From a virus (taxonomy: Duplodnaviria; Caudoviricetes): 64,000 nucleotides of DNA. The stretch lies in the IMG/VR virus record IMGVR_UViG_3300025809_001850. The stretch is one strand, 5' to 3'. Position numbers and translations under genes: made by a program. The notes beneath the pieces were generated by a model that did not search any database, was not told where the DNA came from, and was given only the letters and a program-made list of their open reading frames with translations. Of the stretch, positions 39,818 to 49,725 are shown one piece after another. Position 1 is the stretch's first letter; every line of letters begins with the position of its first letter.

Positions 39818-41116
39818 ATGTCAATTTATGTTGAGTCGTTGAATGATTTACAAGAATATCAATCAATTGTAACACACGGAACTTGTTTTTTTCATTTTAT
39901 ATACAATGAAAAAATACATCCTTCAAAAACTTCACCTATTGTGTTGTTTGTTCACCACTTTGATACACATGAGACATATGTATTTTCGTTTTCTCATCCT
40001 GATATAATTTGTATTAATCCAGACATTTTACAAATTGTACTGAATGTTCCGTGTAAAAAACTAATTTTTGACAAAAAAAATGCCAGACATTTTGCAAACT
40101 TGAATAATTTTATTGATATCAAGTTTGATAATTATGCAAAGACATTAAACGAATTGTATGTTAAATTACCAAATGTAACTGACATAAGATCGTGTCCAAT
40201 TATGATCATTAAAAAAAGTTTCAACGATACCTTGGAACTTTTAAAAAATAAAATAGAATATGTTGATATAGAGCAATGTGAGTTTGAAGACGATTTCTCA
40301 AAGCAATTATCTATGATTGAGTCAAATGGCATTCATGTTGATAGACGCACATTTAATTTAGCAGATCATGTGGTAATTGATGAACAAGATTGTGTACATA
40401 GTCAGTACAATATGCTTACCCCAACCTACAGACCAAGCAACCGATTTGCAAAAATCAATTTTGCAGCTTTGAATAAAAAGAAAAATGAAAGAGATTGTAT
40501 TTGTAGTAGGCACGATGAGGGTGCGATAGTTATGATTGATTATGAAAGTTATCACTTACGACTATTTGGAACTCAGGTTGGATTTGATTTACCCAAAACA
40601 TCTTTACATGAGTATCTTGGTTGTTTGTATCACGACAAAGATACACTAACAGAAGAGGAATACGAACTTTCAAAAAAGATAACTTTTAATATAATGTACG
40701 GAGGAGTGTCTGATGATATTAAAGAAAATATTCCGTTTATGAACCAGATCGCATTGTATGTAGAAAAATTGTGGAGAGAATATAATTCACTTGGATATGT
40801 TAAAACGTGGTTTTACAAAAAGAAACTTAGAAAATCTACATACGGAGAATTAAATCCATATAAACTTTTTAACTATGTATTACAGAATGCCGAAACAGAA
40901 CGAAATTGTTTAATGATGAAGAAAATTAATGAAGAAATTAAATCTACCGACATTAAATTTATTTTATATCACTATGACGCATTTATATTTGATATGAAAT
41001 TTTCCGACTTTCATTATGTTGAAAATATTAAAAATTCATTGATAGATGATGGAATGTATCCTGTGAAAATATACGCAGGTGGTAACTACGGAGATTTAAA
41101 ATTAATCAATGTTTAG
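39818..41116 (+). CDS. polA: compact family A DNA polymerase
   Basis: RPSNRF, motif A MIDYESYHLRL, motif B SKKITFNIMYG, motif C LYHYDAFIFD; only 432 aa. Confidence 0.8.
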   Translation: MSIYVESLNDLQEYQSIVTHGTCFFHFIYNEKIHPSKTSPIVLFVHHFDTHETYVFSFSHPDIICINPDILQIVLNVPCKKLIFDKKNARHFANLNNFIDIKFDNYAKTLNELYVKLPNVTDIRSCPIMIIKKSFNDTLELLKNKIEYVDIEQCEFEDDFSKQLSMIESNGIHVDRRTFNLADHVVIDEQDCVHSQYNMLTPTYRPSNRFAKINFAALNKKKNERDCICSRHDEGAIVMIDYESYHLRLFGTQVGFDLPKTSLHEYLGCLYHDKDTLTEEEYELSKKITFNIMYGGVSDDIKENIPFMNQIALYVEKLWREYNSLGYVKTWFYKKKLRKSTYGELNPYKLFNYVLQNAETERNCLMMKKINEEIKSTDIKFILYHYDAFIFDMKFSDFHYVENIKNSLIDDGMYPVKIYAGGNYGDLKLINV

Positions 41117-41171
41117 AACTTCGAGTGATATTTATATACATATATTAATTTTTAAATGGTTATATAATTTT

Positions 41172-41570
41172 ATGAAAACACAGCTCCTTTGCACATTCTC
41201 CGATATAAAAAATTACAGAAACGTTGCAGGAAATATAGATACATTCTACAAAATAGTTTTTGGTAAGATATATGTTTTACAAAACACAGATGATGTTGAC
41301 GAAGTGTTGCTGACATATAATATAGATGCTACTACATCACCATCTAACTCTTTCTTTCCAAACACAATAAGTGTTCACAGAAAAAAAGATTCCAACACAC
41401 TATACACAATAAATTCATTAAATGAGTTGATTAAAAAACTCAATAATGATGTGTTGGACACACATTTTTTAGTAAATTGGAAAGATTACTTCAATTCAAT
41501 ATTACTAACTGATCCGGTGCATGGAGTAAGAATTGTACCAACAAAACTACATCAAATAATAAAAATTTGA
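41172..41570 (+). CDS. conserved hypothetical protein
   Basis: Likely start at ATG 41172 (MKTQLLCTF...); NTISVHRKKDSNTLYTINSLN; ATATTTAT at 41128-41135. Confidence 0.65.
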   Translation: MKTQLLCTFSDIKNYRNVAGNIDTFYKIVFGKIYVLQNTDDVDEVLLTYNIDATTSPSNSFFPNTISVHRKKDSNTLYTINSLNELIKKLNNDVLDTHFLVNWKDYFNSILLTDPVHGVRIVPTKLHQIIKI

Positions 41571-41578
41571 TTTAATAT

Positions 41579-41607
41579 TTGACTCACTAACAAAAAAAAT
41601 ATAAGGT
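41579..41607 (+). promoter_or_regulatory. sigma70-like promoter upstream of prkA operon
   Basis: TTGACT (41579-41584), 17 nt, TAAGGT (41602-41607). Confidence 0.5.
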
Positions 41608-41608
41608 A

Positions 41609-43717
41609 ATGGTTATGGAAAATAAAAAGAGACACGAAAAGCAAACAGAAAAGAGTAAAAACACTCTCGAATCGTTAATTAGGTCTGACAATGATGATTC
41701 AGTAAAAACATACGAATCTTTGAATTGGACAGGTACTTTTTGGGATTACATTGAATTGTTGGAGCAGAATCCAAAGATTGCTCGTAATTCGTATCAAAGA
41801 TTGTACGACATGGTTATGTCACATGGTACAGAAGAATTTACATATTGTAAACGTAAACACATCAAATATAAATTCTTTGAAGGTCTCGGCGATATTTCTA
41901 TTTATGGTCTAGAAGAAAACTTGATGGAGTTTATGGATATTTTAAAAAGTGCAAGTCGGCACTACGGACCAGAACGAAGAGTTATATTATTACATGGACC
42001 TGTAGGTAGTAGTAAGTCAACAATTGTAACTGCACTCAAGAAGGGGCTAGAGCATTACACCCGAACCGAAGAGGGGTCATTGTACTCTTTTAGTTGGAAA
42101 CTAACTGATAAAGACGGCAATGACATCGTAGTTCCATGTCCGATGAACGAAGAACCTTTAAAACTTTTACCTGACGAGGTTCGTACTGAAATTATCAGTA
42201 ATCTAAATTCCAAAGCATCTGATGACGATTACAAATTGAAATTGGATGGTGCGTTGAATCCAGTAAACGAGTTTTACTACAATCAACTCATGGAAATGCA
42301 CAAAGGTGACTATCGTAAAGTGCTTGAACATATTGTTATACGTCGTGTGTCTCTATCCGAAAAGAATCGTGTCGGCATTGGTACGTTCCAACCAAAAGAT
42401 GAAAAATCACAAGACGCAACTGAACTCACAGGTGATATCAATTACCGAAAGTTAGCAGAGTATGGAAGTGAAAGTGATCCACGTGCATTTGATTTTGATG
42501 GTGAGTTTTTGGTTGCTAATCGTGGACTTATTGAATTTCAAGAAATTCTCAAGTTACAAACCGAGTTTCTATATGATCTTCTTGGAGCAACTCAAGAGCA
42601 TCGTGTTAAACCACGTCGTTTCAACCAAGTACCAATTGACGAAGTTATTCTTGGTCATACTAACAATGCTGAGTTTGAAAAGTTAACCAACAATAAGTTC
42701 ATGGAAGCACTTCGTGATAGAACAATTAAAATCGACATTCCTTATCTTTTGAAGATTGACGAAGAAAAGAAGATTTATGATCACTTCTATAATACAAGCA
42801 CCGTAAACAAGCATATTGCTCCTCATACAACTTATTTGGCTGCGTTATTTGCAGTTGTAAGTCGTTTAGAAGAAAGTTCCAAGCAAGATATGGGTATCAT
42901 TCAGAAAGCAAAACTTTACAACGGCCAAAGTGTGCATGGATTCACAGATGAACACGTAAAGGAAATGCAAGAAGAATCTCCGAAAGAAGGATTATATGGT
43001 GGAGTTTCTGCACGATTTATTCAGAATCAGTTTTCCAACGCAATCGTCAATCCTAGAATGGGTGCAAAAAGTTTGAATCCGTTTATGTTGTTTGCTCAAA
43101 TTCGAGAAGGCCTTAAAAGTTATAGTGGATTCAATAACGAAGATGACAAAAAGAATATGATGGAACGACTTGAGTCTGTAGAAAAAGAATACGATAGAAT
43201 TGTTAAACGAGAAGTTCAACAAGCACTTAGTAGCAGTGAAGAAGCAATAAAAGCAACTTGTACAAACTATATTGATAACATCGTTGCGTATATTCAAGAC
43301 GAAAAAGTTACTAATCTGGTTACCGGTAAAGAAGAAACTGCAAACGAACAACTTATGCGTAGCATAGAAGAAAAAATTGGTATTTCCAATGGCATGAAGG
43401 ACGATTTCCGTAGAGAGATTATGAATTACATGGGTGGACTTGCCGCTAAGGGTAAAGAGTTTAAATACGACTCTAACGAGCAATTATACAAAGCACTTGA
43501 AAAGAAGTTGTTTGAAGATACCAAAGATAGCATAAAGTTATCTGCTCTTGCTCAAGATACCGCAACTGTTGTTGACAAAGAACTTCTTGAAAAGATTGAT
43601 GCTTTGAAGCAACGACTTATTACTTCATTTGGATATGATACAGATAGTGCTTCAGATGTTCTTACTTATGTTGGAAGTATTTTTGCGAGAGGTGATGCGG
43701 ACGAAGACGAAGATTAA
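41609..43717 (+). CDS. prkA: PrkA/YeaG family AAA+ 'serine protein kinase'
   Basis: ARNSYQRLYDMV, Walker A LLHGPVGSSKST, FQPKDEKSQDATELTG, SDPRAFDFDGEFLVANRGLIEFQEILK, MEALRDRTIKIDIPY; start could be 41615. Confidence 0.93.
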   Translation: MVMENKKRHEKQTEKSKNTLESLIRSDNDDSVKTYESLNWTGTFWDYIELLEQNPKIARNSYQRLYDMVMSHGTEEFTYCKRKHIKYKFFEGLGDISIYGLEENLMEFMDILKSASRHYGPERRVILLHGPVGSSKSTIVTALKKGLEHYTRTEEGSLYSFSWKLTDKDGNDIVVPCPMNEEPLKLLPDEVRTEIISNLNSKASDDDYKLKLDGALNPVNEFYYNQLMEMHKGDYRKVLEHIVIRRVSLSEKNRVGIGTFQPKDEKSQDATELTGDINYRKLAEYGSESDPRAFDFDGEFLVANRGLIEFQEILKLQTEFLYDLLGATQEHRVKPRRFNQVPIDEVILGHTNNAEFEKLTNNKFMEALRDRTIKIDIPYLLKIDEEKKIYDHFYNTSTVNKHIAPHTTYLAALFAVVSRLEESSKQDMGIIQKAKLYNGQSVHGFTDEHVKEMQEESPKEGLYGGVSARFIQNQFSNAIVNPRMGAKSLNPFMLFAQIREGLKSYSGFNNEDDKKNMMERLESVEKEYDRIVKREVQQALSSSEEAIKATCTNYIDNIVAYIQDEKVTNLVTGKEETANEQLMRSIEEKIGISNGMKDDFRREIMNYMGGLAAKGKEFKYDSNEQLYKALEKKLFEDTKDSIKLSALAQDTATVVDKELLEKIDALKQRLITSFGYDTDSASDVLTYVGSIFARGDADEDED

Positions 43718-43737
43718 TAGTCAACGAATACATCATT

Positions 43738-44892
43738 ATGCCATCACGCAGAATCAGAGAAGACCACGGTGAGTACAGAGATATCGTCAAGGGAAATGTT
43801 GACGAGAAACTCAAAAAGCACATCAAAGGTGGTCAAAAAATAACACGAAGAGGAAAAGACTTTGTTGTTGTTCGTGTACCTCATGTAGAACTTCCAAGTT
43901 TTCGCTACGGAGCTCCATCCGATGGTGGTGGTATTGGTAACGGAGAGGCTGGTATAGGAGACGAGGTAGGTGAAGGACCACCTCAAGGGCAGGGTCAAGG
44001 TGGCCAACCTGGTGAAGGTGGTGAAGGAGAGGGTGACGGTCACGACATTGATGTGGGTATAAGCATGGATTCTTATTTTGATATGATCGGTGAAGAACTG
44101 CGTCTACCAAATCTTCTGCCCAAAGAAAATGGGGAAATGATCAAAGAAAAAATCAAATGGAATCGTATTGCTAAAGTTGGAAACAATAGTTTATTACACA
44201 AACGAAAAACTCTAAAAAATGCATTCAAACGATTAATAGCATCAGATGATTATGATCCTAAAGATTTGTCTAATTTTTATCCTATTAAAGATGACAAAGA
44301 GTTTAGAAGTTGGAGTTCAGTTGAAGTACCTGATACAAACGCCGCAATCTTTTTTGTATCGGATATATCTGCAAGTATGGATGATGAAAAACGTTCGTTG
44401 ATTCGTGAATTATGTTGGTATCTTGAAAATTGGATTGAACGATTTTACCAAGAAACTCAAATCAAGTATATCGTCCACGATCACCATGCACAAGAAGTTG
44501 ATAAAGAAAAGTTCTACAAATACCAAAGTGGAGGAGGAACAAAAATCAGTAGTGCATTTGAATTGGTAAACGATGTAATTGAAAAAGCATTTCCCTTGAA
44601 TGAATGGAACATTTATGTATTTTATTTGAGTGATGGAGAAAACTTTGGTTCTGACAATGATTTGTGTGTTGAACATTTAAAAAAAATGCAGACTTATGCA
44701 AATCTAGTAGGAATAACAGAAGTTAAAGCAGTAAGAAGTTGGGCAACATTTCTTCCCCATATTCAATCACAACTTACAACGGGGAATCTAGACCCTAACA
44801 AGATAGTAACCGCATCAATGCAGGATGGTTCGGATGTTTTTAAAACACTTCAAAAGTTATTAACACCTGCCGGAGAAGAAGTACCTTTTTAA
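43738..44892 (+). CDS. yeaH: YeaH/YhbH (DUF444) vWA-domain protein
   Basis: Gly-rich GQGQGGQPGEGGEG linker, LRLPNLLPK, MIDAS DISAS, GGGTKISSAF, YLSDGEN. Confidence 0.92.
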   Translation: MPSRRIREDHGEYRDIVKGNVDEKLKKHIKGGQKITRRGKDFVVVRVPHVELPSFRYGAPSDGGGIGNGEAGIGDEVGEGPPQGQGQGGQPGEGGEGEGDGHDIDVGISMDSYFDMIGEELRLPNLLPKENGEMIKEKIKWNRIAKVGNNSLLHKRKTLKNAFKRLIASDDYDPKDLSNFYPIKDDKEFRSWSSVEVPDTNAAIFFVSDISASMDDEKRSLIRELCWYLENWIERFYQETQIKYIVHDHHAQEVDKEKFYKYQSGGGTKISSAFELVNDVIEKAFPLNEWNIYVFYLSDGENFGSDNDLCVEHLKKMQTYANLVGITEVKAVRSWATFLPHIQSQLTTGNLDPNKIVTASMQDGSDVFKTLQKLLTPAGEEVPF

Positions 44893-44896
44893 TATT

Positions 44897-46462
44897 ATGG
44901 GAATTGCATGGGAAGTAGATAGTTTAAACGAAGGAGTATGTCCAGAGTTGGCAGCTCTTATACCTGAATGCTTAAAGGCGTGTTACGATAATGGACTTGA
45001 TCCATATCCGTTGTGTATTGAAGAATTTGATGCAGATGAAATAGTTGAGATTGCCGCTTATGGTGGTTTTCCTGTTCGTTATCCACACTTTAATTTCGGA
45101 CAACAATTTGAGCAATTGCATCATCAGTATCACTCTGGTATGGGCAAGATTTATGAGATGGTTGTAAATACCGATCCAACTTATATGTATCTTCAACGAA
45201 ACAATCCTATCGTTGATAATCTTACCGTTGTTGCACACGCAACTGCACATAGTGATTTTTTCAAAAACAACATTATGTTCAAGCACACGAATCGTAATAT
45301 GATGAATGTGATGGCAAATCATAGTGATAAAATTCGTATGTATATGGATCGGTTTGGTCGCAAAAAAGTTAAAGACTTTTTGAATGCAGCTCTTGCAATT
45401 GATGATTTAATTGATCCATCACTTTGTTATCGTGAAAGTAATTTAAAGAAAGCAACTAAATTCAACTTTGAAGATCGTCAACCAAGAGAACACGTTTCTC
45501 GTATGGAAACGAAAGAATATATGCAGAAGTATGTTAATCCTGCACATTATATTGAAAAGCAAAGACGAGAGCGTGAAGAACGAACAAAGTTAGCAGAAAA
45601 CAAATTTCCACTTCGACCTGAACGAGATATTATGTTGATGATTATCAACCATTGTCGTTTAGAACCCTGGCAACAGAATGTGCTTAGTATGATTCGTGAT
45701 GAATCTATTTATTATCGTCCACAAGGAATGACAAAAGTTCTCAACGAAGGATGGGCAAGTTATTGGGATTCTTATATCATGGCAAGTTGTAACTTTGCGG
45801 GAGACGAAGGAATCTTTGATTACGCAAAACACCACGCAGGAGTTCTTGGTGGAAAATACAATATGAACAATCCATATAAACTTGGAAATACTTTATTGCG
45901 TGACATCGAAGATCGTTGGAACAAAGGAAAGTTTGGTAAAGAATATGAAAATTGCGACAACGGAGATGAAAAAAGATATTGGAACAAACATCTTGGTCTT
46001 GGTCGTGAAAAACTTTACGAAGTTCGTGAAATGTATAATGATGTAACATTTCTTAATGAATTTTTCACAAAAGATTTCTGTGAAAAATATGAATACTTTG
46101 AATATGCACTTGATAAATCAACCAACAAATATGTAGTTGTAAGTAAAGACTACAAATCAATCAAACAGAAGTTAGTTGAACGTCATGTTAATATGGGACG
46201 ACCTGTCATATACATGGAAAACATGAAATACAAAAATACAGAAATTTTACTTAGACACGATTTTGATGGCAGACCACTTGATATTAAATACGCAACGGGT
46301 ACAATGGCATACCTTCATGAGATTATGAAAAAACCAATTAACATCCTTACATACGATGTAGAATCAGAAGGATATGGAAATGAAAAAGAGTCAGTTGAAG
46401 TAGAAGTTCGTTATCGTTACAATAATGGAGAAATGAAACGATACGAAGGTGGTAAAGTTTGA
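44897..46462 (+). CDS. spoVR: SpoVR/YcgB family protein
   Basis: GGFPVRYPHFNFG, GKIYEMVVN, VVAHATAHSDFFKNN, TKVLNEGWASYW, NPYKLG. Confidence 0.93.
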   Translation: MGIAWEVDSLNEGVCPELAALIPECLKACYDNGLDPYPLCIEEFDADEIVEIAAYGGFPVRYPHFNFGQQFEQLHHQYHSGMGKIYEMVVNTDPTYMYLQRNNPIVDNLTVVAHATAHSDFFKNNIMFKHTNRNMMNVMANHSDKIRMYMDRFGRKKVKDFLNAALAIDDLIDPSLCYRESNLKKATKFNFEDRQPREHVSRMETKEYMQKYVNPAHYIEKQRREREERTKLAENKFPLRPERDIMLMIINHCRLEPWQQNVLSMIRDESIYYRPQGMTKVLNEGWASYWDSYIMASCNFAGDEGIFDYAKHHAGVLGGKYNMNNPYKLGNTLLRDIEDRWNKGKFGKEYENCDNGDEKRYWNKHLGLGREKLYEVREMYNDVTFLNEFFTKDFCEKYEYFEYALDKSTNKYVVVSKDYKSIKQKLVERHVNMGRPVIYMENMKYKNTEILLRHDFDGRPLDIKYATGTMAYLHEIMKKPINILTYDVESEGYGNEKESVEVEVRYRYNNGEMKRYEGGKV

Positions 46463-46465
46463 TAA

Positions 46466-47221
46466 GTGAGTCCAAACACAAATCAAGTATATCAATTAGA
46501 TAATTTAGAGTTACTTGGTAGATTAGATACCGAGTCTATAAATTTAATTTATTGTGACATCTTATACGGAACAGGTAAAAAGTTTAAAGATTATCAAGAT
46601 TTACCGGCTGAACGACATACCATAGATTCTCATTATATTCCTCGGTTACATGAAATGAAACGAGTATTGAAATCAAACGGAACAATTTATTTACAAATGG
46701 ATTTACGTATAGTTCACTGGATTCGCATGATTATGGATAATGTGTTTGGATATGAAAATTTCAGAAATCAAATTGTGGTAAAGTTTAATATAGGTGGTCG
46801 TGGCAAACGAGAGTTTGCCAAAAAGCACGATTACATTATAGTGTATACAAAATCTGATGAATTTGTGTTTAATGATCTTGATATACGAGTTCCGTATAAA
46901 TCTGTCATAAGCAAAAAACAGACTAGACCTAATATTACCGAAGAGAAATTAAAAATTGGAACGATACCTACAAATGTTTGGGATGATATTCCATCTGGAT
47001 TAAAAGTGAAGAAGGCAACTGACTATTATAGTGAGAAACATCCTAAGATTTTAGAAAGAATTATCAAAGCAAGTAGTAACGAAGGTGATGTGGTAGGTGA
47101 CTTTTATTGTGGAAGTGGCACTACGTTGGCAGTTGCCAAGTCGTTGAATCGCAACTTTATCGGTTGTGATATTAATGCAGATGCTGTTCGTATTTCCACC
47201 GAACGAATGTTGCAAAAATAG
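46466..47221 (+). CDS. amino (N6-A/N4-C) DNA methyltransferase, beta-class order
   Basis: GTG start; motif IV variant YCDILYGTG, LKSNGTIY, EKHPKILERIIKASSNEGDVVGDFYCGSGTT (motif I), FIGCDIN. Confidence 0.85.
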   Translation: MSPNTNQVYQLDNLELLGRLDTESINLIYCDILYGTGKKFKDYQDLPAERHTIDSHYIPRLHEMKRVLKSNGTIYLQMDLRIVHWIRMIMDNVFGYENFRNQIVVKFNIGGRGKREFAKKHDYIIVYTKSDEFVFNDLDIRVPYKSVISKKQTRPNITEEKLKIGTIPTNVWDDIPSGLKVKKATDYYSEKHPKILERIIKASSNEGDVVGDFYCGSGTTLAVAKSLNRNFIGCDINADAVRISTERMLQK

Positions 47222-47333
47222 TTCAAATATTTGTCTTGAAAACGACACAAAATTGAGTTAGAATATATTTATATATAAGCATTAATTCGTTAATGTTTAT
47301 CACACACACAAGCACACAAAAATCTATTAATAA

Positions 47334-47564
47334 ATGACTAATAACAATAATAACTTAAATGCCTACGGCATTCGATTGGAGGTACTAAAAAACGCAAAAG
47401 AGATGGTTTGGGACTCTTGGCATATGGAAAACAATGAAGCAAAAGATAGTGCTACATTTGAGAAAATTCCATACGAAATTCCACCACTTCCAACTACGCA
47501 GGATGTTTTAGCAACTGCAGCTGAATTTTACGATTTCGTACAAAATCACGGAAAAAATTCTTAA
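47334..47564 (+). CDS. small hypothetical protein
   Basis: 76 aa (NAYGIRLEVLKNAKE...PTTQDVLATAAEFYDFV); ATATTTAT at 47265-47272. Confidence 0.65.
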   Translation: MTNNNNNLNAYGIRLEVLKNAKEMVWDSWHMENNEAKDSATFEKIPYEIPPLPTTQDVLATAAEFYDFVQNHGKNS

Positions 47565-47579
47565 TAAATATAATTCTTA

Positions 47580-47608
47580 TTGACTAATGTCGAAACGAAT
47601 AGTATTAT
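47580..47608 (+). promoter_or_regulatory. sigma70-like promoter upstream of SSB
   Basis: TTGACT (47580-47585), 17 nt, TATTAT (47603-47608). Confidence 0.7.
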
Positions 47609-47658
47609 ATTAAGAATATTATTAAACAATAAAAACAATAAAAACTAAGGAATAAAAA

Positions 47659-48489
47659 ATGGCAATTGACCTAGACAAAATCAAAGCAAAACTTACCAAT
47701 CTCTCTCAGAGTAATAACCGTAAGAATTATCAATGGAAACCTCAACCCGGTAAGCAACAGGTTCGTATCGTACCTTATATGCATCAACCAGATAATCCCT
47801 TTATTGAACTATATTTTCATTATGGTATCAACAATCGGACTTATCTTTCTCCCAAGTCATTTGGTCGTCCTGACCCAATCGTAGAGTTCGCAGAAAAGTT
47901 GACTCGTAGTGGAGATAAAGATGATTATCGCATGGGACGTTCCCTTATGCCAAAAATGAGAACTTTTGTTCCAGTCATCGTTCGTGGTGAAGAAGCAGAA
48001 GGAGTTCGTTTTTGGGGATTTGGTAAAGAAGTTTACCAAGAACTATTGGGAGTTATTGCAGATCCCGATTATGGAGACATTACTGATCCGACCAACGGAA
48101 GAGACATCACTATTGAGTTTCTTTCTGCGGAAGAAGCAGGTAGATCATTTCCCAAGACTAACATTCGTGTTAAACCAAATACAACACCTGTATCTGACAA
48201 TAAGAATATTGCTGATTCAGTTGCTAACAATCAAGCAGAAATTACTGAAATCTATCAAGAACTCGGTTATGATGACTTGAAAGATGCACTTGAAAAATGG
48301 GTGAGTGGAGAATCTGAAGAAGATGCTCCACCTGCGGAATCAGTTGGTTCTAATAAAGTAGTTGTTGAGTCAACACAACAAGAAGTAAAGCAACCAACGG
48401 TTGCAAGTGCAACTTCTGAACAAAGTAAACCAAACGCAACTTCCACCGAAGATGTTGAGGCTGCTTTTGAAGAGTTGTTCAAGTCTTAA
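47659..48489 (+). CDS. single-stranded DNA-binding protein (gp32-like)
   Basis: WKPQPGKQQVRIVP, NPFIELYFHY, GVRFWGFGKEVYQELL, DYGDITDPTNGRDI, acidic C-terminus (DVEAAFEELFKS); upstream of recA. Confidence 0.85.
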   Translation: MAIDLDKIKAKLTNLSQSNNRKNYQWKPQPGKQQVRIVPYMHQPDNPFIELYFHYGINNRTYLSPKSFGRPDPIVEFAEKLTRSGDKDDYRMGRSLMPKMRTFVPVIVRGEEAEGVRFWGFGKEVYQELLGVIADPDYGDITDPTNGRDITIEFLSAEEAGRSFPKTNIRVKPNTTPVSDNKNIADSVANNQAEITEIYQELGYDDLKDALEKWVSGESEEDAPPAESVGSNKVVVESTQQEVKQPTVASATSEQSKPNATSTEDVEAAFEELFKS

Positions 48490-48501
48490 AGAAGAAAAAA
48501 A

Positions 48502-48543
48502 GAACCACACGTGTGGTAGGGCAACTCCCTACCACACAGGTTC
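48502..48543. other. GC-rich stem-loop between SSB and recA
   Basis: GTGTGGTAGGG (48511-48521) pairs with CCCTACCACAC (48527-48537); outer GAACC/GGTTC; A-tract upstream, no T-tract downstream. Confidence 0.7.
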
Positions 48544-48564
48544 GCAAAATAAAAATTATTAAAT

Positions 48565-49725
48565 ATGGCAAAGAAAAAAGAAGTAAAAGCAACAAGTAAG
48601 TCAGATGACTTGGCAAGTGTTCTCGCAGATAGTTTAAATACTGCATATAAAGATGAAGGCAAAGTTGCGTTCTTTTTAAGTGAAGGTGATGATCCTTCAT
48701 TGATTTCAGATTGGATTCCGACAGGAAGTAGTGTTCTTGATCTTGCCATTTCCAATCGTCCTAATGGTGGAATACCAGCAGGCCGAATCACAGAACTTAC
48801 CGGACTTGAACAAAGTGGTAAAAGTTTAATTTCAGGACACATTCTTGCGGAAACTCAAAAGAAGGGAGGTGTTGCGGTATTAATAGATACCGAGACCAGT
48901 GTATCCATTGAGTATTTAAAAGCAATAGGTGTTGATACTGACAAGTTATTGTATGTTCACGTTGATACGGTTGAAGATATATTCGCAACGATTGATAATA
49001 TCATCGCAACGGTACGTAAATCAAACAAAGATAAACTCGTAACGATTGTAACAGATAGTGTATCAGCTGCATCAACTAAAATTGAGATGGCAGCCGATTA
49101 CGCAAAGGATGGTTATGCAACCACCAAAGCAATTTTAATTAGTAAAGCAATGCGTAAGTTAACTTCAACAATTGGAAGACAAAAAATCGCATTGGTATTC
49201 ACTAACCAACTTCGTCAAAAGATGGGAGTTATGTTTGGTGATCCGTGGACAACGAGTGGTGGTAAAGCACTTGCGTTTCACGCAAGTGTTCGCATTCGTC
49301 TTAAAAGTATGGGGCAAATTAAAAAAGGTGCAACCACGGAAGTTATCGGTGGAAAGTGCGAAGCAACCATTGTAAAAAATAGAATGGGCCCTCCACAACG
49401 AAAAGCATCGTTTGAAATTTATTTTAATCGTGGAGTTGATGATGTTGGAAGTTGGATAACCACACTCAAAACTCACAAAATCTTGAAACAGGGTGGTGCG
49501 TATTATTCATTTACAGATTCCAAAGGAAAAGACTATAAGTTCATGGCAAAAGAATTTCCTGAAATGTTGAAAGATGTAGAATTAAAAGAAGAATTGTATC
49601 AACATATATGCGACAATCTTATTATGGAATATCAATCAGCAAACAGTGTCATAGACGAAGATGTAGAGTTTACTGATAATGCTGAAATTGAAGATGCTGA
49701 ATTGGCATCAGTTTCAAATGAGTGA
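48565..49725 (+). CDS. recA: RecA/UvsX recombinase
   Basis: GRITELTGLEQSGKS, VLIDTE, VTDSVSA, VFTNQLR, TTSGGKALAFHASVRIRL, VKNRMGPP. Confidence 0.95.
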   Translation: MAKKKEVKATSKSDDLASVLADSLNTAYKDEGKVAFFLSEGDDPSLISDWIPTGSSVLDLAISNRPNGGIPAGRITELTGLEQSGKSLISGHILAETQKKGGVAVLIDTETSVSIEYLKAIGVDTDKLLYVHVDTVEDIFATIDNIIATVRKSNKDKLVTIVTDSVSAASTKIEMAADYAKDGYATTKAILISKAMRKLTSTIGRQKIALVFTNQLRQKMGVMFGDPWTTSGGKALAFHASVRIRLKSMGQIKKGATTEVIGGKCEATIVKNRMGPPQRKASFEIYFNRGVDDVGSWITTLKTHKILKQGGAYYSFTDSKGKDYKFMAKEFPEMLKDVELKEELYQHICDNLIMEYQSANSVIDEDVEFTDNAEIEDAELASVSNE

